This document shows positions 1-9,865 of a stretch of DNA of 64,000 nt, one piece after another. Positions within the stretch are counted from its first letter, which is position 1. Each line of letters opens with the position of its first letter. Made by a program: the position numbers and the translations under genes. The notes below the pieces were generated by a model that made no database searches, was not told the DNA's origin, and saw only the letters and a program-made list of their open reading frames with translations. The DNA comes from Trueperaceae bacterium (lineage in GTDB: Bacteria > Deinococcota > Deinococci > Deinococcales > Trueperaceae). Where the stretch lies: NCBI GenBank assembly GCA_034520945.1, contig JAXHNB010000002.1, positions 367,759 to 431,758 on the forward strand, in the 5' to 3' direction.

Positions 1-914
1 CCTGCACCTCGCGGCCGTCGGCAGCGACGTCGTCCGGCACCGTGAACGCCGGCCAGTCGATGTCGAGGGCCCGCTTGGTGGCGGCCACCTCCTCGTCGCC
101 GAGGGCGGCGCCATGGATCTTGGGGGTGCCCGCCAGCTTGGGGCTGCCGTAGCCGATGGTGGTGCGCACCGCGATCATGCTGGGCCGCTCGTCCTCCGCG
201 ATGGCGGCCTCCATCGCCGCCTGCAGCGCGCCGTAGTCGTTCCCGTCGGAGACGCGCTGGACGTGCCAACCGTACGCCTCGTAGCGCTCCAGCACGTCCT
301 CGCTGAAGGTGATGTCGGTGGGACCGTCGATGCTGATGTGGTTGTCGTCGTACAGGACCGTGAGCTTGCCGAGGCCGAGGTGGCCCGCCAGCGAGGAGGC
401 CTCCGAGGCGACGCCCTCCATCATGTCGCCATCGGATGCGATCACCCAGGTGCGGTGATCGAACAACGGCAGGCTCGGGCCGGTTGTAGCGCGCCGCCAG
501 GTGCGCCTCGGCCAGCGCCATGCCCACGGCGTTGGCGAGGCCCTGCCCCAAGGGGCCGGTGGTGGTCTCGATGCCGGGCGCCAGGCCGACCTCCGGGTGG
601 CCGGGGGTGCGGCTGCCCCATTGCCGGTAGCCTTTCAGGTCGTCCATGGACAGGTCGTAGCCGGTGAGGTGCAGAAGGGCGTACTGAAGCATCGAGCCGT
701 GACCGGCGGACTGCACGTAGCGGTCCCGGTTCCACCAGTCGGGCCGCGCCGGGTCGTGCCGCATCATGTGCCGGTACAGCAGCCACCCCATGGGGGCGGA
801 CCCCATCGGCATGCCCGGATGCCCGTCGCCGGACGCCTGGACGGCGTCGATGGCGAGGGCACGGATGACGTTGGCGGCGCGCTGGTCGAGGGCGCGGTCG
901 TGAGCTGGGCTCAT
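1..914 (-). CDS. tkt: Transketolase, N-terminal part (runs off window edge); carries an apparent +1 frameshift at ~473
   Basis: Manual translation from ATG 914 (GGAGG SD upstream): [22 protein letters not shown]...SAGHGSML...TPGHPE...TTGPLGQG. After one extra base the next frame gives [47 protein letters not shown] (TPP-binding motif). Confidence 0.95.
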   Translation of the reverse strand, partial: MSPAHDRALDQRAANVIRALAIDAVQASGDGHPGMPMGSAPMGWLLYRHMMRHDPARPDWWNRDRYVQSAGHGSMLQYALLHLTGYDLSMDDLKGYRQWGSRTPGHPEVGLAPGIETTTGPLGQGLANAVGMALAEAHLAARYNRPEPAVVRSPHLGDRIRWRHDGGRRLGGLLAGGPPRPRQAHGPVRRQPHQHRRSHRHHLQRGRAGALRGVRLARPARLRRERLRRAAGGDGGRHRGGRAAQHDRGAHHHRLRQPQAGGHPQDPWRRPRRRGGGRHQAGPRHRLAGVHGAGRRRCRRPRGA

Positions 915-1080
915 CAGGTGTTTCCTCCGTTCGAGGTGGGGCGCAGCCGCGCGGGTCGGTGTCGTGGAGATACGACGGGGTCGCTCCCGGACCGCCCGCC
1001 CAGCGGGCGTTCGTGACGGCGTTCACCATAGCAGGCGGGCCGGCGCGCGCGGCCCGGGGTTACCCCCGCGCGCTGAGGGT

Positions 1081-1560
1081 TCAGGCCTCCTGGCGGCGCG
1101 CCAGGATGGCGTCGCGCACCCGTTGCCCCGCCTCCCAGTGACGCTGTTCCATCTCCGAGGACACGCGAAGGCGCGGCACGGGCGTGGGGCGCCCATCATC
1201 CCCGATCGCCACGAAGTTCAGGTGACCGACGGTGGTCAGCGAGCGGGCGCCGCTGGTGGGGTTCTCGGCGTACACCTCGCTGCGCACGATCATGCTGGTG
1301 GTGCCGGCCCACGCCACGCGGCTCCGCACCTCGAGGATGTCGCCGACCCGGACCGGATTGCGGAAGTCGACCGGCTCGGTGGAGGCGGTGACCGAAATGC
1401 GGCGGCAAAAGCGGTTGCAGGCGATGGAGGCGTTGATGTCCATCAACTCCAGCGCCCGCCCCCCGAACAGGGTTCCCACGGGATTGGTGTGGTGCGGGAA
1501 CACGGCGTCGACGGTCGTCACCCAGCGACTGGACCGTGTTCGCTTCGGATCGATGGCCAT
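1081..1560 (-). CDS. Acyl-CoA thioesterase (HotDog fold, YciA-like)
   Basis: 159 aa; VFPHHTNPVGTLFGGRALELMD and VDFRNPVRVGD motifs; leaderless TATACT-N6-ATG. Confidence 0.9.
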   Translation of the reverse strand: MAIDPKRTRSSRWVTTVDAVFPHHTNPVGTLFGGRALELMDINASIACNRFCRRISVTASTEPVDFRNPVRVGDILEVRSRVAWAGTTSMIVRSEVYAENPTSGARSLTTVGHLNFVAIGDDGRPTPVPRLRVSSEMEQRHWEAGQRVRDAILARRQEA

Positions 1561-1630
1561 GCTGTGAGTATAGTCGGGGCCTGCTATCCTTCTCCCATGG
1601 CCGCTCGGCCGGGCGGCGCCCAGGCGCAGG

Positions 1631-1700
1631 TCCGAACGGGCGGTGTTCCGAATCAGGTGTACGTCCGAACGGGGGCGAGTCCGAGCGGGGACGAGCCCGA
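1631..1700 (+). repeat. Degenerate ~16-bp tandem repeat (TCCGA core) in bioY leader
   Basis: TCCGA at 1631, 1647, 1664, 1680 and CCCGA at 1696 (spacing 16,17,16,16); GTCCGAACGGG occurs twice exactly. Confidence 0.6.
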
Positions 1701-1721
1701 CGTGTGTTCCGGAGGTGTTTC

Positions 1722-2309
1722 ATGCTCGACGTACGTTCGTCCGCGCCGACCGGCCTGCTGGTCGATCGTCTGGTGCCCGTGCGCAGCCCGGCGTTGCGCA
1801 TCGCCGTGCAGGTCGTGATCGGCGTGGCGTTCCTGGCGGCGCTGGCGCAGGTTCGCGTTCAGGTCGGGCCCGTGCCCATCACCGGGCAGACGCTGGGCGT
1901 GCTGCTGCTCGGGGCCGCCTACGGGGCCACCCTGGGCCTGGGCACGACGTTGGCCTACCTGCTGGCCGGCGCGGCGGGTCTGGCCGTGTTCAGTGGCGGC
2001 GGCGCCGGGCTGTCCACGCTGCTGGGCCCGACCGGAGGCTACCTGTTGGGCTTTCCCCTGGCGGCGCTGCTGGTCGGAGCGCTGGCGGCGCGCGGCTGGG
2101 ACCGGTGGATCGGTTCGGCCGCCCTGGCCATGGTGGCCGGCAATGTCGTCATCTACACGTTCGGGCTGGCGTGGCTGTCGCGCTTCGCGCCCGACCTGCC
2201 CACCACGCTGGCGTGGGGCCTGTGGCCGTTCCTGGCGGGGGACGCCGTCAAGATCGTGGCGGCGGCGGGGATGCTTCCGCTGGCGTGGCGCCTGCTGGGG
2301 CGTCGCTGA
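1722..2309 (+). CDS. bioY: Biotin transporter BioY (ECF S-component)
   Basis: GPVPITGQTLGVLLLGA and LLGPTGGYLLGF motifs; hydrophobic; GGAGGTG SD before ATG 1722. Confidence 0.92.
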   Translation: MLDVRSSAPTGLLVDRLVPVRSPALRIAVQVVIGVAFLAALAQVRVQVGPVPITGQTLGVLLLGAAYGATLGLGTTLAYLLAGAAGLAVFSGGGAGLSTLLGPTGGYLLGFPLAALLVGALAARGWDRWIGSAALAMVAGNVVIYTFGLAWLSRFAPDLPTTLAWGLWPFLAGDAVKIVAAAGMLPLAWRLLGRR

Positions 2310-2339
2310 GCAGCCGGAGGGTCGCGCACGTCTTCTTCG

Positions 2340-2512
2340 GCACCACGAGAACACCCCCGGACGCTCGGGTCCGGGGGTGCGGTGCTCCGCCATGGATTGA
2401 GGGGCCGCGTGGGCGCCCCATTCCAGGAGGCGGGTCCTAGGCTACCCTCGGCGGGCACCTCCACTGGTCGTGCGATGCGATTCGCGTATTTGGACCACCT
2501 CCTTTCCGTGGT
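2340..2512 (-). ncRNA. Candidate structured small RNA with 16-nt complementarity to the 16S rRNA 3' tail
   Basis: Promoter TTGCCG-N18-TAGGGT (2548-2519); GAAAGGAGGTGGTCCA (2506-2491); second GGAGGTG (2462-2456); internal anti-SD GGACCCGCCTCCT (2437-2425); hairpin 2425-2393; terminator hairpin 2379-2352. Confidence 0.55.
2347..2379 (-). terminator. Intrinsic terminator-like hairpin closing the minus-strand small RNA (may also stop bioY)
   Basis: Perfect 11-bp stem CACCCCCGGAC/GTCCGGGGGTG with a 6-nt loop; followed by TTCTC on the minus strand only. Confidence 0.7.
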
Positions 2513-2518
2513 GATGTG

Positions 2519-2548
2519 ACCCTAGCGCACCCGCCCTGGCGGCGGCAA
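2519..2548 (-). promoter_or_regulatory. Sigma70-type promoter for the candidate small RNA
   Basis: -35 TTGCCG (2548-2543), 18-nt spacer, -10 TAGGGT (2524-2519); the same TANNNT form precedes many genes in this window. Confidence 0.55.
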
Positions 2549-2614
2549 GGGCCGGGGCCACCTGCCCGGCACGGGCGGCGACGCCCGCCGATATGCTGTG
2601 GGTGGAGGTTCGAC

Positions 2615-4681
2615 GTGCTCACCGTGTCCGAGAAGCTGGTGTTTCTGGTTCTGGCGTCGTTCTCGTTGGCGTTCGCGTACGGCGGGTTCGAACGCGTGGT
2701 GCGGGCCACCGCCCGTGGAGCGAGGGGCGGAAGCGACCGCACGCGGGGGATGGCGTCGCGCGTGGGGGCGGCGTTGGTGCGTACCCTGTCGCAGGTCACG
2801 GTGTTCCGCGATCGGCCGTGGGTGTCCACGTTCCACGCCGCGGTGTTCTACGGCTTCGTGTTCTACCTGGCGGTGAACCTCGCCGACGTGGCCAAGGGGT
2901 TGGCACCCCACGCCTACACGGCGTGGCTGGGGTCGACGTGGGCCGGGCCCTACCGGCTGGCAGCCGATGTGTTCACGGTGGCGATCCTGTTCGGCATGGC
3001 CTCTCTGTTGGTGCGACGGTTCGTGCTGCGCGATCCGGCGTTGGCGCCGCAGGCGGCGCTGCACCCGCGCGCCGCGGCGGGCGGCATCCGACGCGATTCG
3101 CTGATCGTGGGGACGTTCATCACGTTGCACGTCGGCTTCCGCTTGCTGGGGGAGGGGTTCTTGCTGGCCGCGGAAGGGGGGACCGACGCCTGGCAGCCGT
3201 TCGCCAGCCTGATCGCCGCCGGCGTGGGCGCGGACGAGTCGCGGCGAATCGGGTGGCACGTCGGTTGGTGGGGTGCGATCGGGCTGGTGTTGGCGTTCCT
3301 TCCGTACTTTCCGCGCAGCAAGCATCTGCACCTGCTGGCGGCGCCCGTCAACTTCGCGCTGGAGCGGCGGCGCTCGGATGGGACGCGGATGCCCTCCGGC
3401 GCGCTGGAGCCCTTGGACCTGGAGGACGAATCGGCCGAGACGTTCGGGGCCGAACGCCTCGAGGACCTGCCCTACGCGCAGATCCTGGACGCCTACGCCT
3501 GCATCCAGTGCCACCGCTGCACCGACGCCTGCCCCGCGTACGCGACCGGCAAAGCGCTGTCCCCCTCGGCGCTGGAGATCAACAAGCGCTATGAACTCAC
3601 CCTGGTCGCGGACCGGTTGGCGGCCGGCGAAGCGACCCCCCGGCCGTTGCTGGGGTTCGCGCAGGACGAGGAGCAGATCTGGGCGTGCACCACCTGCGGC
3701 GCCTGCATCGACGCCTGTCCGGTGGGCAACGAGCCGATGTTGGACATCGTCGACATGCGCCGCGAGCGCGTCCTGATGGCCGGGGCGTTTCCCGCCGAGC
3801 TGCAGCAGGCGTTCCGCGGGATCGAGCGCACGGGAAACCCCTGGGGGCTCGGCCAGGATGCCCGCCTGGATTGGGCCGAAGGCATGAACGTTCCCACCGT
3901 CTGGGAGGCGCCCGACTTCGAGGTGCTGTTCTGGGTGGGGTGCGCGGGGGCGTACGATCCGGTGGCGCAGGAGACGACGCGCGCCATGGCGCGGATCCTG
4001 GATCACGCGGGCGTCCGCTACGCGGTGTTGGGCAAGAACGAGACCTGCACCGGCGACCCTGCGCGGCGCGCGGGCAACGAGTACCTGTACTACCAGCTCG
4101 CCACCGAGAACGTGGCCGTGCTGAACGACGCCCTGGCCGACACGGTGCTGGACCCGGCACGGGCCAAGCGCGTGCTGACGACCTGTCCGCACTGCTACAA
4201 CGCGCTGTTGAACGACTACCCGCAGCTCGGCGGCGACTACCAGGTGGTGCACCACACCGAGGTCCTGGACGAGTTGGTGCAGGCCGAACGCCTGCCCCCC
4301 CTCGACCTCGGCCAGGGGACCACCTACCACGACCCGTGCTACCTGGGCCGACACAACGGCGTGTACGACGCACCGCGGCGCGTGTTGGGCGGCGAGGGCG
4401 ACCCCCCGCGCGAGATGCCACGCACCCGCGAGAAGAGCATGTGCTGCGGCGCCGGCGGCGCGCAGTTCTGGAAAGAGGAGTCGCCCGGCCGCGAGAAGGT
4501 CGCCGACGCCCGCATGGCCGAAGCGCGCGCGACCGGGGCGGAGGTGGTGGCATCGGCGTGCCCGTTCTGCAAGTCGATGCTGGGCAGCGCGGCGGGAGAG
4601 GAGGACGGCCCCGAGGTGCTCGACGTGGCGCAGCTCTACGACCGGCGCCTGCGCTCCCTCCAGGATCGGTTGTCTCCGTGA
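2615..4681 (+). CDS. Membrane-anchored Fe-S oxidoreductase (FadF/HdrD-GlpC-like; TM domain, 2x[4Fe-4S], CCG domains)
   Basis: N-terminal TM helices ending PYFPRSKHLH; CIQCHRCTDACP and CTTCGACIDACP; TCPHC, YHDPCYLGRHN, CCGAGG, ACPFC; GGAGG SD before GTG 2615. Confidence 0.9.
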   Translation: MLTVSEKLVFLVLASFSLAFAYGGFERVVRATARGARGGSDRTRGMASRVGAALVRTLSQVTVFRDRPWVSTFHAAVFYGFVFYLAVNLADVAKGLAPHAYTAWLGSTWAGPYRLAADVFTVAILFGMASLLVRRFVLRDPALAPQAALHPRAAAGGIRRDSLIVGTFITLHVGFRLLGEGFLLAAEGGTDAWQPFASLIAAGVGADESRRIGWHVGWWGAIGLVLAFLPYFPRSKHLHLLAAPVNFALERRRSDGTRMPSGALEPLDLEDESAETFGAERLEDLPYAQILDAYACIQCHRCTDACPAYATGKALSPSALEINKRYELTLVADRLAAGEATPRPLLGFAQDEEQIWACTTCGACIDACPVGNEPMLDIVDMRRERVLMAGAFPAELQQAFRGIERTGNPWGLGQDARLDWAEGMNVPTVWEAPDFEVLFWVGCAGAYDPVAQETTRAMARILDHAGVRYAVLGKNETCTGDPARRAGNEYLYYQLATENVAVLNDALADTVLDPARAKRVLTTCPHCYNALLNDYPQLGGDYQVVHHTEVLDELVQAERLPPLDLGQGTTYHDPCYLGRHNGVYDAPRRVLGGEGDPPREMPRTREKSMCCGAGGAQFWKEESPGREKVADARMAEARATGAEVVASACPFCKSMLGSAAGEEDGPEVLDVAQLYDRRLRSLQDRLSP

Positions 4682-4728
4682 CGCCGGGCCGACCGTGAGG
4701 ACCGGGCGGGCCCGGTAGCGTGGCGGGC

Positions 4729-5325
4729 ATGCGGCGTACCCTGTGGATGGTCCTCGGCGCGGTGGCGCTGGCCGGTGCGGGCCTGCTGGCCTTCCGGACG
4801 GGGGTGGCGCTGGCGCCCCCGCCGGAGCGCGTGGGCACGGTGCTGGACCAGCCCCAACCCACGGCCGACCTGGCGCTGCGCAGCACCGAGGGGCGCGTGG
4901 AGATGGGCGGGGTGGCCGCCCGGGCGGACTGGACGCTGGTGTTCTTCGGCTTCGTGGATTGTCCGGACGTGTGTCCGATGACCATGTCGCGCCTGGCCGA
5001 CACCTACCGGGAGCTGGGGGAGCCGTCCGACCTTCAGGTCGTCATGGTGACGGTGGATCCGGAGCGGGACGACCCGGCGCGGCTGGAACGCTACGTCGAC
5101 GGGTTCCACCCTTCGTTCATGGGGTTGGGCGGCAGCAGCGAGGACGTCGCGGCGGCCGCCGAGCGGTTCTTCATCGGCTACAACGGAACCGGCGAAGGGA
5201 TCGCGCACACGGAGGCGGTGGCGCTGCTGGACGCCGAGGCACGCCTCCGCGTGGTGTACACGCAGGGCAACCTGCACGGCCTGCAGCGCGACCTGTCGAG
5301 CCTATTGAACGGCGGGCGCCTCTGA
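4729..5325 (+). CDS. SCO family copper chaperone
   Basis: FFGFVDCPDVCP (CxxxC), VTVDPERD, conserved His (IAHT); N-terminal anchor; TAGCGT-N7-ATG. Confidence 0.9.
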   Translation: MRRTLWMVLGAVALAGAGLLAFRTGVALAPPPERVGTVLDQPQPTADLALRSTEGRVEMGGVAARADWTLVFFGFVDCPDVCPMTMSRLADTYRELGEPSDLQVVMVTVDPERDDPARLERYVDGFHPSFMGLGGSSEDVAAAAERFFIGYNGTGEGIAHTEAVALLDAEARLRVVYTQGNLHGLQRDLSSLLNGGRL

Positions 5326-5356
5326 CGCCCGCCGCCGCCGACGTCGGTCGGCGGGT

Positions 5357-5617
5357 TCAGTTCATGTCGGCAAGAATGCCGTACAGGGTGCGGCGATCCT
5401 TGGCGTCGATCTCCAGGCGCGTACGGGGACCGTCGATCCGTAGGCGCTGTCCAGCGCGGCGGCGCGTGGTGTAGATCTCCACCGTCTCGTCGCCGATGCG
5501 TGCCAGCACGCGCCGGAAACTGGGGCGATCCTGGACGACGCGGTGCGCCATGGTGCGCAGCGCGTGCGCGTCGAAACCGTCGATTTCGGTGGTCAGGGGG
5601 CCGATGTGGACCGTCAT
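5357..5617 (-). CDS. Hypothetical protein (86 aa)
   Basis: GAGGTG SD before ATG, protein-like composition, fills the gap between SCO and pyrC. Confidence 0.6.
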   Translation of the reverse strand: MTVHIGPLTTEIDGFDAHALRTMAHRVVQDRPSFRRVLARIGDETVEIYTTRRRAGQRLRIDGPRTRLEIDAKDRRTLYGILADMN

Positions 5618-5875
5618 GATGGCTCACCTCGCAGGCGTGGATTCCGGGGCGTGCGTGCGGCCCCCCGGTGGGCGCGAAGGGCATGGTAGACGCCCTCGGC
5701 CCACCGTGTGTCGCCGTCGATACGTGCAACGGGACATTCGCCAACGATCCGATGGCTATTTAGGGATATGGGCTTGGATCCATAGTCGAACGCACGTATT
5801 TCATTTCGATTCGGGAATCCTGAGCCGTTCGCGTCGGCGCGGGCGCCCGACGCTTGCCGCCATCCCCTGCGCGGG

Positions 5876-7155
5876 TCAGGGACCGTACACTTCGGCGCCG
5901 CCGACCCACGTCCGGACCGGCCATCCTCGAAGGGCCCACCCCTCCCACGGGCCGAAACGCGCTTTGGAGCGGAAGCGACGGCCCTCCACCGGACGCTCCG
6001 TGTCCAGGTCCAGCAGCACCACGTCCGCCGGCGCGCCGGCCTCCAGCCGCGGCGGCTCCAGGCCCAGCACGCGGGCCGGTCCGTCCTGCATCAGCGACAG
6101 CAGCGCCGGCAGCGTCAGGAGTTCGCCCTGCACCAATTCGGTGTACAGCAGTGGGAACGCGACTTCGAGGTTGGCGATGCCGAACGGGGCGTTCAGCAGG
6201 TCGCGGCGTTTCTCGTCCCGGGTGTGCGGCGCGTGATCGGTCCCGATGCAGTCGACGCCTCCCTCCTGCAGGGCTCGTCGGAGGTAGGCGACGTCGTCCG
6301 CGGTGCGGAGGGGCGGCGCGACCTTGAAGACGGGGTCGAACCCCTCGAGCCGGTCGTCGGCGAGGGTGAGGTGGTGCGGCGTGACCTCGCAGGTGACGGC
6401 GACGCCCCGTTCCTTGAAGTACGACACCACCTCCAGGGCGGCGCGGCAGGTCACGTGCGCGATGTGCACCCGCGCCCCGGTGAGGCGCGCGATCTCGCAG
6501 TCGCGGTAGACCATCGCCGCTTCGGCCGCGGTGGGATTGCCGGGCAGCCCCAACCGTTCGCTGACCGTCCCTTCGTTCATGACGCCGTCGCGGCGCAGGG
6601 TCGGGTCCTCGGAATGCGTCTGGACCACCAGGCCCAGGTCGCGCGCCCACTCGCAGGCGCGGCGCATCAGATCGCCGTCCACGACCGGTATGCCGTCGTC
6701 GGTCAACATCACCGCGCCCGCCTCCGCCAGGGCGGCCGCGTCGGTGAGGCGCGTCCCCGCCAGGCCCATCGACAGCGCGGCGGCCGGCCGCAGGCGGGCG
6801 CCGGGCAGCGCCTCCGCCCGGGCGAGGAGCGACCGAACCAGGCCCGGTTCGTCGACCGGCGGGTCGGTGTTGGCCATCGACACCACGGTGCCGTAGCCGC
6901 CGGCCGCGGCGGCGGCCAGCCCCGAGGCGAGGTCCTCCTTGACCTCCTGGCCGGGATCGCGCAGGTGCACGTGCGGATCGATGAAGGCGCTCGTCAACGT
7001 CAGGCCCGTGGCGTCGACCTCGTGGTCTACGGGACCGGCCGGCTCCGACCCCTCGATGCGCCCGCCGAACAACACCAGGTCGCCGCGGTCTTCGCTGCCC
7101 TCCGGCGTCGCCCACGTCGCGCCCCGGATCCGCGTGCGCGTCTGCGTCTCCTGTT

Positions 7156-7159
<4 letters not shown>
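5876..7159 (-). CDS. pyrC: Dihydroorotase
   Basis: FIDPHVHLRDPG, MANTDP, CEVTPHHL, FKVAPPLR, GTDHAPH; overlaps the pyrB stop (ATGA). Confidence 0.96.
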
Positions 7160-8654
<1,495 letters not shown>

Positions 8655-8690
8655 CTAGGAGGGGTGGACGCCGCCCCCGCGAAGCGGCCA

Positions 8691-8730
8691 CGAAACGTGC
8701 CGCCCGGACGCGAAGGCGCCGGGCGGCACG
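8691..8730 (-). terminator. Attenuator terminator hairpin in pyrR leader
   Basis: 12-bp stem CGTGCCGCCCGG/CCGGGCGGCACG followed by TTTCG on the minus strand, between the PyrR loop and pyrR. Confidence 0.7.
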
Positions 8731-8762
8731 GGACGGATCGCTCGGTGGGGTTCCACGTTCAC

Positions 8763-8795
8763 TCCTTTCCGGTCTCACGGGACCGGATTAAAGGC
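8763..8795 (-). ncRNA. PyrR-binding loop (cis-regulatory RNA)
   Basis: Minus strand GCCTTTAATCCGGTCCCGTGAGACCGGAAAGGA fits the PyrR site pattern (CCUUUAA ... GUCCNGUGAG ... AAGG); directly upstream of pyrR. Confidence 0.88.
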
Positions 8796-8842
8796 TGAGG
8801 GCAGCCTACCGCGCGGGACGCCCAACGGCAATGCGGGGTGCC

Positions 8843-8859
8843 CGTTTACGCCTCGTTAA
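8843..8859 (+). promoter_or_regulatory. Possible OmpR/PhoB-type direct-repeat box upstream of the Asp-rich protein gene
   Basis: CGTTTA (8843) and CGTTAA (8854), 11-bp period, ahead of a CACCAT -10-like hexamer; next to a sensor kinase remnant. Confidence 0.3.
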
Positions 8860-8896
8860 GGCCGGTGCGGCACCATGGGGATCGAGGAGGTTCGAC

Positions 8897-9586
8897 ATGC
8901 AAACACAGAAAGCATCCCTGGCAACGAGGTTGACATCGGTGTTCGCGGCTTTGGTCGTGTCGGCGTGCGTGATGGGGGTCGCCTTGGCGCAGTCATCCCC
9001 GGGCGATCTGGTGAGCGTGCAGGTGCAGGACGACGATGGTCGCGTGATCGCGCGAGGGAGCGTGCACGACGGCCGTCTCGACGTCTCGGTCGCTCCGCGC
9101 CGCAGCGAGCTGGGCACGATCGAGGTCACGTTCACAAGCGGCGAGACCCGGTTGTACCAGACCGCGTTCACGTCGGACGGTGACATTTTGGTGTTCGGCA
9201 ACGATTTCGACGACGACCTTGGGGCGTTCGCGGCCCGCTACGGCGTCGACAGCGTACGGATCGAGGTCGACGACGACTTCGACGAGGGCGACCCGAATGG
9301 GCGCGACCCGATCCGCGACGACGATGACGACGACATGGATGACGACCGCGACGACGTCGACGATGATCGGGACGATCTCGACGACGATCGTGACGACATG
9401 GACGACGACCGGGACGACATGCGCGACGATATGGACGATGATCGGGATGACCGGGACGATCTAGGCGACGATCGTGACGACATGGACGACGACCGGGACG
9501 ATCGCGACGACGATGACGACGATGACGATGACGACGAAGATGACGATGACGACGAAGATGACGACGACGATCGCGACGACGACTGA
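8897..9586 (+). CDS. Secreted protein with Asp-rich heptad-repeat C-terminal tail (229 aa)
   Basis: GAGGAGG SD; signal peptide ending VALA-Q; ~100-aa beta-rich domain; tail of DDDRDD[MVL] repeats and poly-D/E. Confidence 0.85.
   Translation: MQTQKASLATRLTSVFAALVVSACVMGVALAQSSPGDLVSVQVQDDDGRVIARGSVHDGRLDVSVAPRRSELGTIEVTFTSGETRLYQTAFTSDGDILVFGNDFDDDLGAFAARYGVDSVRIEVDDDFDEGDPNGRDPIRDDDDDDMDDDRDDVDDDRDDLDDDRDDMDDDRDDMRDDMDDDRDDRDDLGDDRDDMDDDRDDRDDDDDDDDDDEDDDDDEDDDDDRDDD
9313..9583 (+). repeat. Coding tandem repeats (21-bp / DDDRDDx) and GAC/GAT runs
   Basis: Visible GACGACGA(C/T)CG units; the segment CGACGATCGTGACGACATGGACGACGACCGGGACGA occurs twice. Confidence 0.9.
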
Positions 9587-9626
9587 TCGAGACGTCACCT
9601 AGCCGGCGCGGCAGCGCCCAGAGGAG

Positions 9627-9662
9627 GGGAGGGGTGGATCGGCGTGTGCCGGTCCGCCTCCC
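9627..9662 (+). terminator. Hairpin downstream of the Asp-rich gene
   Basis: GGGAGG..TGGATCGGC/GCCGGTCCG CCTCCC imperfect stem; no U-tract. Confidence 0.4.
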
Positions 9663-9677
9663 TATACGATGAACGAG

Positions 9678-9865
9678 ATGCGTGCACGGCGTAGGGGATG
9701 TCGGCGCGACGTGCGCATGGATGGGGTCCGGAGCGGCCTTCGGACCATCGTGGCCGTGTGCGTTCTCGGCATCGGGTTCGGCGGAGGTGGGTGGGCGCAA
9801 CGCGGCCCGGGGCCCGCCACCGTGCCCGAGGGGAGCGAAGTGATCGTGACCGACGTTGTGGGCGG
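9678..9865 (+). pseudogene. 5' fragment of a second secreted protein, cut by a deletion
   Basis: TACGAT-N7-ATG; signal-peptide-like GLRTIVAVCVLGIGFGGGGWA-Q then PATVPEGSEVIVTDVVG; coding signal then switches frame at GGGCGGGCGGC (~9859-9869). Confidence 0.55.

Noticed and set aside
915..1030. TPP riboswitch in the tkt leader
   Set aside because: Leader is GC-rich and could fold, but the CUGAGA and ACCUG core motifs are not present in the right arrangement.
2461..2510. 16S rRNA gene fragment on the plus strand (TGGACCACCTCCTTTC)
   Set aside because: Upstream sequence lacks helix 44/45 sequence such as GTAACAAGG; promoter and terminator point to the minus strand.
9313..9583. CRISPR array
   Set aside because: Repeats are contiguous, in-frame and coding, with no unique spacers and no cas genes.
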